Source: Eledone cirrhosa (Eukaryota). From it: 64,000 nucleotides of DNA. Shown piece after piece: positions 27,429-39,020 of this stretch (position 1 is its first letter; the number at the start of each line of letters is the position of its first letter). The stretch is taken from positions 367,908,001 through 367,972,000 of the forward strand of contig OZ024741.1 in assembly GCA_964016885.1 (NCBI GenBank), in the 5' to 3' direction. The notes beneath the pieces were generated by a model, which was given only the letters and a program-made list of their open reading frames with translations, was not told the origin of the DNA and made no database searches. The position numbers and the translations under genes were made by a program.

Positions 27429-27616
27429 ATGGCCTGTGTTTTCCCCTGCTGTTGCGGGCGTTATGTTTACAGAGAACATGTGAATAGCGCTATGAACGGC
27501 ATGCCTGAAGCCGATCCACTTACTTTCAAGCCACCAGACTGGAAAAATTATGTCCAACACTTCGGATGTCTTTACAAAAGACCCGTAGGGCACCAATCGA
27601 CTAAGTGGTCGAAAAG
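27429..27616 (+). CDS. PLEKHD1: First coding exon of a PH-domain protein, PLEKHD1-like
   Basis: ...NYVQHFGCLYKRPVGHQSTKWSKR resembles the PH beta1-beta2 region of vertebrate PLEKHD1 (recalled as [23 protein letters not shown]). It ends at a donor AAG|GTAAAG (phase 2). The start codon is uncertain (27429, 27492 or 27501). No exon 2 was found in the window. Confidence 0.8.
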
Positions 27617-30295
27617 GTAAAGTTGTTTAATTATGTTGAAATGTCATTTTGTTTAGTTCTCTTTTCACACTCTTAACTCTCTCGCCTTGACTTAGTCTAG
27701 CTCCTTGTCAAAAACACACACTCATAACTGCTACCGCTCTTACTGTATGTAATTTCTATAACTTCAGAGTAGGATGACTTTATCTCTGTCTATCTCTCTC
27801 TCTCTTTTTTCTCTTGCTTGTATTATTCTATCTATTATTTCTCTCTATCTTTATCTCATTTTTCTCTATATATGTTTCTGTGATTTATTGCGGGAGAAGA
27901 AAAATACATAAATAGAATACAAGTCAAAAATAAAAACTGCTTATTTTACTTTTGGTTAAATATAGAAATGCTTTGAAAAGAACTGCCAAACTTTTATCCA
28001 CCATTAGAAATAGTATTCTCTCTTTTCTTTTACCTAACTGTCTCACGTAACTTTTCACCATTGTTTATATAATACAACTGATTATTATGTGTTGTTTTAT
28101 TTTTATAGCATTCCCTGTCTATAATTATATATACTCTGCCTATCGGTATTTGTTTCCATTATTATGTCAGTCAGAACCTGTTAATACAACAATTCAGCCA
28201 GGTAGTTGTCTGATTGCTTTTGGTAGATACCAAACCAACAGCAACCTGACTGCTTCCGACCAAAGAACAAACCACTCAACATTCCGACCACCCACTTGTA
28301 GCAAATTACGTTATAGCTTTTCATTTTTCTTCGCAAACAATGCTACTTTTCGGGATTATCTTTTTTTTCTCCTTAACATTTGCTCTTCTATTTTATTCTT
28401 CTCGCCATAACTACACTCTAGTGCTCTCACCACCGACTTTGTTTCCTCATAACTTTCTTAATAAAAATGTTTAATGAAATTTCGCAGACATACGTTTTCC
28501 ATGATGTAGATTACGAATATGTTGATAACCTTAAAAAACAACATTGATTTAAATCTTTAAAAATACTTTCATTATTGTCTATAGTTAATGCTTTCAATTT
28601 ATGATTGTTAGTAAGGTTAAACATAGATTAAAAAAATTGTTTTTTTATTTCTTCCAATTTTATGTCGACCTGAGCACTGTACACAATTTCATTATTACTA
28701 TAATGAATAATATAAAAAAAAAGAGAGAGAGAGAGAAAACACTGCCTTTGCGTTCACCTCCTTACCATAACAACCACTGCCACCACTAATATCAATCAGA
28801 ATAATGTCACAGATTTTATACTGGTGTGTCATGTCATTTCTACAACTATGAATTAGAAAAAGAAAAAAAAATACATCAATAAAAAAACATCAATATAATC
28901 CTAATCTACACATTCGACAACGTATCTCTGCATTTTAAGAAAGTTATGAGGGGGGAAAAGTCGGTAGCCGGGGCACTAAACTGTAGTTATGCCTTTCTCT
29001 TTGCTTTCTTTACTGTCTTTGGGTCTTTGCAACTTCCAACACTTCTCTTTATCAATGTTTATATTTTACATGAGGTTGGTGGGATTGCAGAATCATCAAG
29101 ACAAAATGCTTTGCAGCATTTATTTCTGAGTTCAAATCCTGCCGAAGTCAAATTTGCCTTTTATCCTTCCGAGGTTGATAAAATAAAGTACCAATCAAGT
29201 ACTGGGGTTCGATTTAAAGGAACCCCCCACACACCCACACCAAAACTGTTTGCCTTGTGCCTAAATCAGAGATCATTATTATTTATTTATTGTCATCCTT
29301 CAAATGACTTGAAAATAACAGGCAGTATCTTTCATTAAAAATCTAATAACGAAAGGGTTAAATGTGTTGACATTTGTTTCAGCTACGGCGAAGGACGGTT
29401 CAGTCCTAAACATTGCAACTTGTCTTCCTCACCGCATAAACATATATTCAATAGAATTATTTTTATTATCTTTTCGCCGACGCAGAAAATAACCACGTGT
29501 GTTTGGATGTATGTATATATATATATATATAGTTATTTATTATAACACAACTCGTCCCTGAGATTGAGTGCTCTACCAATTGGCTATTTTTTTTACGAAA
29601 TTCAATTACACTATATGTGAGTGTGTGTATATATATATACTTGTGCGTATGTGTGATGTGTGTATATATATGTACGTATGTGTGTGTGTGTCGTAGTAGT
29701 AGTAGTAGTAGTAGAATGGTTTTTCGTTAAATAACAGAAGAGAACTCAATACAAAAGATTGAGAGGGTACGTTTTTTTATTGAAATGACCTTTACAGTAC
29801 GAGTTCTGTTTCATTTGGTGATATATATATATGTACATACACGTTCAATCCACTATACCATGGAAAACGGCATGTAAAATTATATACATAATATGAACGT
29901 ATACATACACTTAAACACAGCCACGTAAATGTATGTATAAGCACATTCATACACACACCTGTATGTACACCTGTTTGAAAACAAATTGAATACTTCCTTT
30001 AAAACCTGTTATTTATGCAATATGTCTCTATGATTCTTCTTCCCAATTCTTCAGAAAAATAAAGAAGATAGGTGATCGATATTAAAACCTAATTTAATTG
30101 CGGTACTTCTGACTGGTACCTGAAAACTTCCTCCTTCAATCAATATGTTTCTCTCTCAATCAATATATCAGCTTGTGTATGTTTATATACTTAATATGAC
30201 GTAGTGAAAGAAGATACTAGTACATAACCCGTTGTTTTACAGACGGAGCAACTAATATTTGGTTTCATCGAACTTTAAGGAAGCTATGTTTGTGG

Positions 30296-30323
<28 letters not shown>

Positions 30324-30329
<6 letters not shown>

Positions 30330-30662
30330 GAATAATAATAAATGAAGACATTCACATAATCAAAATATATGTTTTGTTATATATATATTTCGAAGGTACT
30401 GTGCTGTTTTTTTCAGTACGTCCTCGTCAGATAAAATACATAAATTGGTTTGAAAGTTCAATTTCAGTATTGACAGTGGATGGAATTGATCTGCCAATAC
30501 TGGAATTGAACTTTCAATACCGTTGAGGTAAGTCATTTATCAATTCATGTATTTTATCTGACGAGGACGTACTGAAAAAAACAGCACAGTACCTTCGAAA
30601 TATATATGACAAAATATATATTTTGATTATGTGAATGTCTTCATTTATTATTATTCTGAATA
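30324..30662. repeat. 339-bp near-perfect palindrome of two inverted hammerhead-containing (Penelope-like) modules
   Basis: Arms ~30324-30445 and ~30541-30662, plus an inner stem 30451-30476/30491-30516. Each arm has CTGACGA-stem II-GAAA-(TA)n. Confidence 0.9.
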
Positions 30663-31117
30663 ATAATAATAACCCCAGAAAACTTTTTGTAGAGTGCTTT
30701 TAATCTATTGTAAAACTATATTCATTGAGTAATCAATGGACCATATTAATCTTTGGTTATACATATATGTGTGTGTATCTATATATATGTGTGTGTATGT
30801 GTATAGGTGTGTCTATGTATATTGGTGTGTGTGTGTGTTATGCATATAGGTGTGTGTGTGTGTGAGTTTGTGTGTGTATATATAAATATATATATTTATG
30901 TGTGTAAGTGCATATATATGTGTGCGAATGTATATATAAATATATATATATTTGATACACGGCTTTGTGGGCCAGCCTTGTCACGCTGAATCTCCCAGAG
31001 GATACGCGTGTCTGTGGAGTGCTCGGCCACTTGCATGTTAAGATCAACGGAACAACCTGCTCGTGAAATTATCAACTGGAACACTCGTCGTCGTAACTGA
31101 CGGAGTGCTACTAATTT

Positions 31118-31325
31118 GTATATATATAAATGTGTGTATATATATATGTGTATATATATATCTATATATATATGCACACACACATATATATATATATACA
31201 CATATATATATACACACATATATATATATACACATATATATATTTTCATATATATATATACACACACATATATATATACACACACACATATATATATACA
31301 CACACATATAGATATATATATATAG

Positions 31326-31366
<41 letters not shown>

Positions 31367-31379
31367 TATATATATATAT

Positions 31380-31418
<39 letters not shown>
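31118..31418. repeat. Compound (TA)n/(CA)n microsatellite
   Basis: Seen directly. It is the source of several spurious YI/HT-rich ORFs. Confidence 0.95.
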
Positions 31419-31419
<1 letters not shown>

Positions 31420-32110
31420 GACAGCTGTATAACAAAGTGCAGGGCAATAAAGATAGACGGTAGCCACGGAGTAGGCAGACCCAGAAAAACATGGGACGAG
31501 CTGATAAATTCCGACCTCACACGCTTACACCTCTCCAAGACAATGTCACTGGACCGAGACCTTTGGCGGTACTCAGTAATAGAGAAGACCCGCCTTACCT
31601 AAATACAAAGTAAAAACCTACTACAGTCAGTAGGCATATCTATCAAAACACACCCCCGTCCCACCACCTCCACCCCATCCACACCGCCCCTTTCAATGTA
31701 AAGTTATGTTGGTCCCACAACATCCAGGCCGAAACAAATGAGATCGTGTAGGTGTCACGACAAAAAAAACACACAGTCCACGCTGTAAATGTGGCCGTGT
31801 AGGCAACACGGTAAAAACCTCCCAGCCCCACACTGTAAATGTGGTTGGTGTTAGGAAGGGCATCCAGCTGTAGAAAACCCGCCAGACAGTCCACGCTGTA
31901 ATGTGGCCGTGTAGGCAACACGGTAAAAACCTCCCAGCCCCACACTGTAAATGTGGTTGGTGTTAGGAAGGGCATCCAACTGTAGAAAACCCGCCAGACA
32001 GTCCTATGTGAGCAAGACAACCACTCTTGCCTCAAGTGGGAAAACCCCCGTCCAAACCCATGCAAGCGTGGAACACGGACGCTAAACCTGATGATGATGA
32101 TGATGATGAT
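31419..32110 (+). mobile_element. 5'-truncated young RTE copy, near-identical to 36453-37023, with an internal tandem duplication
   Basis: Collinear with the 3' end of the long copy. Ends in (GAT)n and is flanked on both sides by (TA)n-rich tracts. Confidence 0.95.
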
Positions 32111-32174
32111 ATATATATATAAATTATATATATGCATATATATATACATATACATATATATATACATACATATA

Positions 32175-32212
<38 letters not shown>

Positions 32213-32848
32213 CACATACATATATATATACATACATATATATATACATACATATATACATATATAAGGGATAACAAAATATCGTTATAGGTAATCCAGT
32301 TAGAGGTTGTGAATACTCCGTATTGTGGATAGTTTTAGCGTACGTCGTTGTTTGACTCAACAATCAGTGAAACAATTGTTAATACTGTAAATAAAACCTT
32401 TTTTTGTACTGTTGACCATGTTATTCTTCATTCTTTCAATATATATATATATCGACTGACCTGCCTGCCTCTATCTTTACTCGGCCCTTGAAAAAATTGA
32501 TTCCACTTCATTTACTCTCATCTCGGGAACAATTTTGAATAGCGCCAGTTTGTAATTTAAGTTCGAGAATTTTATATTCTTCGAATGTAAAGAACCTTCT
32601 GACGAGAATCTTTCTTTGCAACGAAGGCCGTATGGACTCCGTTTATTTTTGAGATTCGAAACCGATTCGGTTTTAAAATTTATTTTTAAACTTTTTCCTT
32701 ATTTGCTAAACCTTGTTATATATATATATATATTTCCTTCTTCCTTCTTTCGAAACTCTAAACTCCCGCTTCCTCGACCCCCACCCCCTCTACTTCGCGA
32801 GGCCATGGCGGTCAACCGCCCAATACACACACACACATCATACGGCCA

Positions 32849-32985
<137 letters not shown>

Positions 32986-33275
32986 GATAGAAATTCACTT
33001 CGCCAAATTTCATTGCTTTGCTGTCTACCCCACGATATTCATGTAACGTAATGTACATATTTTTCTTCATCTCTACCTCCACACTCCATATTTCGTATCA
33101 AGTCCAAATAGCCAATCTATTGCTAAAACAATCTACATTTTTTGTATTCATTAATTGTTAGATACGAAAGTTTTTGTCGTATTGGAACAGAACAAATTTT
33201 GTATTTTGTTAATCGCTTGTTAAATGCAAGGACCCCATTCAATCATTACCTTCTATCTAGCTACCCAACACCCCT

Positions 33276-36200
33276 CCCCCACGCACCACCATTGCTATTA
33301 CGTGGACCAATCATAAGCCAGAGCCCCCACGCATCACCAGTATTATTATTACGCGGACCAATCAGAAGCCAGAGGCCTATACTATCGCTTGCCTGGTTGC
33401 CTTTCGATATATGATGGATGGATGGACTGCGGAATCCTGGAGAGTGGAGGAGAGAGAGAAAAATCTGGACGCTCAGCGACAATGCCAAAGATAAAGACAA
33501 ATTCACCTCTTGGACGAGAATGCGAGCACTCCTCATTGTTTCGACCGCGGACGGCTAACATAACCCCACCGCCCCCAACCCCCAAACGCAATCCAAAACT
33601 TCAGAGTTGGTACCATAAATGTAGGCACCCTAAAGGGTCGCGCTAACGAGGTTGTAGAAATGCTTGAACGTAAGGAGGTCGATGTTTGTTGTATTCAAGA
33701 GACCAGGTGGAGGGGTGGGTCTGCTAGATTCATTGAGGGTAAAAAACGATGTTATAAGCTTTTCTGGGTGGGAAACGACGATGGGCTGGGTGGAGTAGGA
33801 ATCATGGTAGCAGAAAAGTGGGCAGATAAGATAATAGACGTAAATAGAGTGAACGACAGAATAATTAAAATACGACTTGTCCTCAATAGAACTACGGTGA
33901 CAGTAATATCTGCGTACGCACCCCAATCCGGACTGCCCGGCACTATAAAAGACAGATTCTATGAGACACTGATGCTAACTACCTCCCAAATATCCGACAG
34001 TGACTATATAATTATTGCAGGCGACCTAAATGGTCACGTTGGACAACATTGTGACGGCTACGACGAAATCCATGGAGGCTATGGGTTTGGTACTAGAAAT
34101 GAGGAAGGCTCCAGAATCCTGGAATTCTGTGATGCAAATAACCTAACTATCTGTAACACTAACTTCAAAAAACGTGACAATCACCTGATCACCTATAGAT
34201 CCGGGGAACACACAAGCCAGGTAGATTATATCCTTACCAGAAGACGTGACAGAGTGTCTGTTGTAAACACTAAATCCCTCCCCCATGAAGAATGCACCTC
34301 CCAACATAGACTGATAATTAGCGACCTCATAGTCAGGACGAGACGTACTCGACAGCAGAAGAGGACTACCCTCAGGAGAAAAATATGGAAGCTAAAGGAC
34401 CCCACAGCCAGGAATAAATTTCAAAGCATATTACTTGATGCTTTCGACAGTAAAGAAGAACATTTAGAGTCGGACAATATAGAGGGAGAGTGGGAATTTC
34501 TGAAAGCAAACCTGCTGTTGGCGACAGACGAAGTCTGTGGCTGGAGCAGGCCTGTAGGCAGGAGGAGAGTAACATGGTGGTGGAACAGTAAGGTGGAGGG
34601 GTCAATTAAGGCCAAAAAGCAGGCTTGGAAAGTATGGCGGGATGGGGGAAGTAGAGAAGACTATCAAGTGGCCAGGAGGGAAGCTAGGAGACAAGTGTAC
34701 TTAGCAAGAAGGGAAGCTGAGGAAAGAAAGTTCAAGCATGTTCTACAACGCGATGACCAAAAACGTGAGGTGTTCAGGATTGCTAGGCAATGCGTCAAGG
34801 AAAACCGTGATATTGTCGGGGAGAAGTGTGTACTAAACGACGATGGCACACTTGCCATCACCGACGCTGATAAGAAGGTAGCTTGGAAGTGTCACTATGA
34901 AAGGCTACTAAATGAGGAGAATAAATGGGAGAAAGACAGTCTCCCCCATATCGACCCAATAGAGGGACCAGCAGTGTTAGTCGAGGGGAGTATAATAAGT
35001 AAGGCAATCAAGGATATGAAGACGGGTAAGGCGGCTGGGCCTTCGGAAATAGTTGCTGAGATGCTGAAGGCATCTGGCACGGTGGGACACACCATGGTCA
35101 CCCGCATAGTTAACCAAGTCGTACAGAATGGGGTTGTTCCGAAGGACTGGCATAGCAGCATCATCGTTAACTGTTATAAGGGTAAAGGAGACGCCCTAGA
35201 TAGGAGTAACTATAGAGGCATTAAATTAATCGACCAGGTCATGAAGGTCACGGAAAAAGTAATAGCACAACTAATCAGAGAAAGAATTGACCTAGATGAA
35301 ATGCAGTTCGGGTTTGTGTCAGGCAAAAGTACCACAGACGCTCTTTTCATTGTACGACAACTACAGGAGAAGTACCTAGCTAAAGGTAAACCCCTCTACT
35401 TAGCTTTTGTCGACTTGGAGAAAGCCTTCGACAGAGTCCCCCGCTCAATTATCTGGTGGGCTCTTAGAAAACTAGGCGTTGACGAATAGCTTGTGAGAGC
35501 TATACAAGCCATGTATAAAGAAACAGTCAGCAAGGTTAGAATTAACAACGAATATAGTGAAGAGTTTAGCGTAAAAGTTGGCGTCCATCAGGGCTCTGTT
35601 CTCAGCCCCTACTATTTATTATTGCCCTTCAGGCTATAACAGAGGAGTTCAAGACCGGCTGCCCATGGGAACTCCTATACGCAGACGACCTGACACTCAT
35701 AGCGGAATCAATGGCCGAGCTAGAGAAGAAATTCCAAACATGGAAGCACGGCCTAGAATCAAAAGGCCTTAAAATTAACCTGGCTAAGACTAAAGTTCTA
35801 GTTTGTAGGAAAGAAAATAAGGCGGCGGTCCCTTCTGGGAAATGGTCGTGCTCGGTGTGTAGGAAAGGCGTAGGTAGAAACTCCATTTTATGTCCTAAAT
35901 GCAAAGTATGGGTGCATAAAAGATGTAGTGGGATCACAGGTAAGCTAACTAAGAACATAGATTTTACATGTGGCCGGTGCTCTGGTGCAATAAGTAGCAG
36001 CAAGTGCCCACAAAATACTAGCTCTTTCAATTGCGCAGAGGGTTCTATAGAAATAGTGGACAGCTTCCATTGCCTGGGTGACAAAATCAGCAGTGGGGGG
36101 AGGGTGCTCTGAAAGTACAGTAGCTAGAGTCAGAACTGGATGGAAAAAGTTCAGAGAGCTCATACCACTATTAGCCGCTAGAGGGTTCTCCCTAAAAATG

Positions 36201-37023
36201 AAAGGCAGGTTATACGATGCCTGCATACGAACAGCAATGCTGCATGGCAGTGAGACCTGGGCATTGTGTGCAGAGGATATACGCAGACTAGAGAGGAACG
36301 AAGCTTGCATGCTCCGCTGGATGTGCAATAGTAATATACGTGAACGGCTAAGCATAAACGAACTAAGGAAAAAATTAGAAATAAGAGGAATCAGATGTTG
36401 TTTACTTGAGAGAAGACTATGTTGGTATGGTCACGTGATGCGCATGAAAGTCGATAGCTGTATAACAAAGTGCAGGGCAATAAAGATAGATGGTAGCCAC
36501 AGAGTAGGCAGACCCAGAAAAACCTGGGACGACATGATAAATTCCGACCTCACACGCTTACACCTCTCCAAGACAATGTCACTGGACCTTTGGCGGTACT
36601 CAGTAATAGAGAAGACCCGCCTTACCTAAATACAAAGTAAAACCCTACTACAGTCAGTAGGCATCTCTAACAAAATACACCCCTGTCCCCCCACCCACCC
36701 CCACCCCATCCACACCACCCCTTTCAATGTAAAGTTATGTTGGTGCCACAACATCCAGGCCGAAACAAATGAGATCGTGTAGGTGTCACGACAAAAAAAC
36801 ACACAGTCCACGCTGTAATCTGGCCGTGTAGGTAACACGGTAAAAACCTCCCAGCCCCACACTGTAAATGTGGTTGGTGTTAGGAAGGGCATCCAGCTGT
36901 AGAAAACCTGCCAGACAGTCCTATGCGAGCAATGACAACCACTCTTGCCTCAAGTGGGAAAACTCCCGTCCAAACCCATGCAAGCGTGGAACATGGACGT
37001 TAAACGATGATGATGATGATGAT
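33276..37023 (+). mobile_element. Near full-length RTE-clade LINE (5' boundary uncertain, possibly ~32986)
   Basis: Single EN-RT ORF, a ~390-nt 3'UTR, a terminal stem-loop and a (GAT)n tail. Confidence 0.95.
33600..36629 (+). pseudogene. RTE ORF: APE endonuclease + reverse transcriptase with inserted PHD finger; one stop and two frameshifts
   Basis: GTINVGTL, IQETRW, GDLNGHVG, QVDYIL, FVDLEKAFD, HQGSVLSP, YADD (35678-35689), PHD at 35849-35980, RLCWYGHVMRM and GRPRKTW. Lesions are TAG at 35487-89, -1 C at 35606-09 and +1 G at 36095-100. Confidence 0.93.
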
Positions 37024-37098
37024 ATACACACACACACACACACATATATATACACACACACACACAGACACACACGTATATATATATATATATATATA

Positions 37099-37171
<73 letters not shown>

Positions 37172-38759
37172 TATAATGTGAAATAACAAGAGGCCAAAAA
37201 TATTGAATTTTCCTTAAATATTTATTCCTGCAAACACTATGCACATTTCAGTAGCCAGGTTGTGTAAGAAGCAGGTGATACCTTCAGGTGTAAATTGCAT
37301 AATAGATGTATACCAACCTCAATGAAACAAGCAAAGAAAAAGCAGAGAAGATAAGAGGTTTGTTTTTGACTCAGAGGCGAACAAGGCAGCATGTTCTTAT
37401 TATGCCTCACCATAAGAACATGCGATACGGTCATCTAACCTGAATTGTCTCATAATGTGACAACTGCCCAACCCATGCAAGCATGGAAAAATAGACATTA
37501 AATGGTGAGTTCATTATAGAATTACATTCAACACAGACAGATAGGTAGGTATGTAGAATATATAGCTATACTGATATTTAGGTAGATAAATAGATAGATA
37601 TATTGACAAATAGACTGACAGGTAGGTAAGTAGGTAGATAGATAAACAGAATGCAGGCACAGTAGATCCCCTCAGTTGCTAGGGAAGCTCGTTAGAAGTT
37701 GGTGGGGTTTTTGTTTTGTTACCTAAGAGACCTAATCAGCAGTGGGGGGAGGTTTCTCTTAAGGTGTGATAGCCAGGCTGTACAGTTATTATAATATAGA
37801 TTCTGCTATAATATTCTCAATGTTTGTGTCTTTCTGGCAAATAAATCAATCAAGGTTTTGAACTCTTGTTTACTTGATTTGCTTGATCATAGTGGAACTA
37901 ATTTCCACCAAGTAAGTCATTAATGGACAGTTGATGAAGCCCCAGGAAAAATTATAAATATTTGTTGAGAGTTGTCATGCTTCATGGGTTAATTCTAACT
38001 CAATTAGTGCTACTATTTACCTTGGCCACTCTAGTTGTTTCATATCTCTCTTAGTTTGATACATATTACTATGTTGGTACCATTAGGTCAAACATGATTA
38101 TATTCTCTCTAAAATACTGCAATCTGTCATACATTCAATATGTTACAGATTGCTGTCTCAAATGCTATTGATTCAGTAGTTGTTTAGCCTTAGGTCATTC
38201 TTGATCAAGCAAGACCTATGATTAATAGCATTACAGGCATTATCATCCCATCAAATTATCTAATGTGTCCTGTTTTTCTAAGGAAGATTTGGTTGTTATT
38301 TCCAGCAGATCAAGTGACTGCATTGAGGCTCACTCATTGGTTCATTATTGTTTCAATTTTGAACAAGTGTTCTAACAAACATACACACATGCATATATCA
38401 TCATTTTCATATATGCTTTTTCCATGATGGGATGGGTTAGCAGAAATTGCCAAGCACACAAGGAGAAGGACATGTTTTTTGCCTGCGGCATATCACATAA
38501 TCGGATTTTTTACTGGAGATACTGTCTCCATACCAACAACAAATGCATATGTTACATCGTGGATTGTATAAGGGAACTCTTGAAATAATTATAATGAATA
38601 AACGATTTATGTAATAACAGCATTTTTTAACTGTTATTCATATATATATGTATGTGTATGGGTATGTATGTATGTATTTATATGCATATATTTATATTTA
38701 TATATATATATTATATATATATATATATACATATATACATATATATATATATATGTGTG

Positions 38760-39020
38760 AAGGTGCATGGCTTAGTGGTTAGAGCATTGGGCTTGCAATC
38801 GAAAGGTTGTGAGTTCAATTCTCGGACCGGGTGATGTGTTGTGTTATTTCCTTGAGCAAGACACTTTATTTCATGTTGCTCCAGTTTACTCAGCTGTAGG
38901 AATGAGTACCGGCCTGTCCGCCCAGCCAGTGGAATGGCGCTATCTTATGGCTAAAACAGCACAATGTGCTGTGACCAGCGGCGCCAATTGGCGCCCGACA
39001 GACTGGTCGGTCAAGGTGAT
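38760..39020 (+). mobile_element. tRNA-derived SINE family A (CORE-like centre)
   Basis: A box 38768-78, B box 38811-21 and CCTTGAGCAAGACACTTT at 38851-68. A highly similar inverted copy lies at 54576-54840. Confidence 0.8.

Noticed and set aside
29385-29420. CGGCGA-AGGAC GGTTCA GTCC-TAAAC hammerhead-like relic
   Set aside because: Both catalytic core segments are mutated.
32599-32672. Hammerhead-like CTGACGA-GAATCT...AGATTC-GAAA-CCGATTCGG-TT
   Set aside because: Stems II and III form, but the flanks cannot pair as stem I. At best a decayed copy.
38760-38830. Possible tRNA gene
   Set aside because: A and B boxes are present, but there is no acceptor stem and it continues into a multi-copy SINE body.
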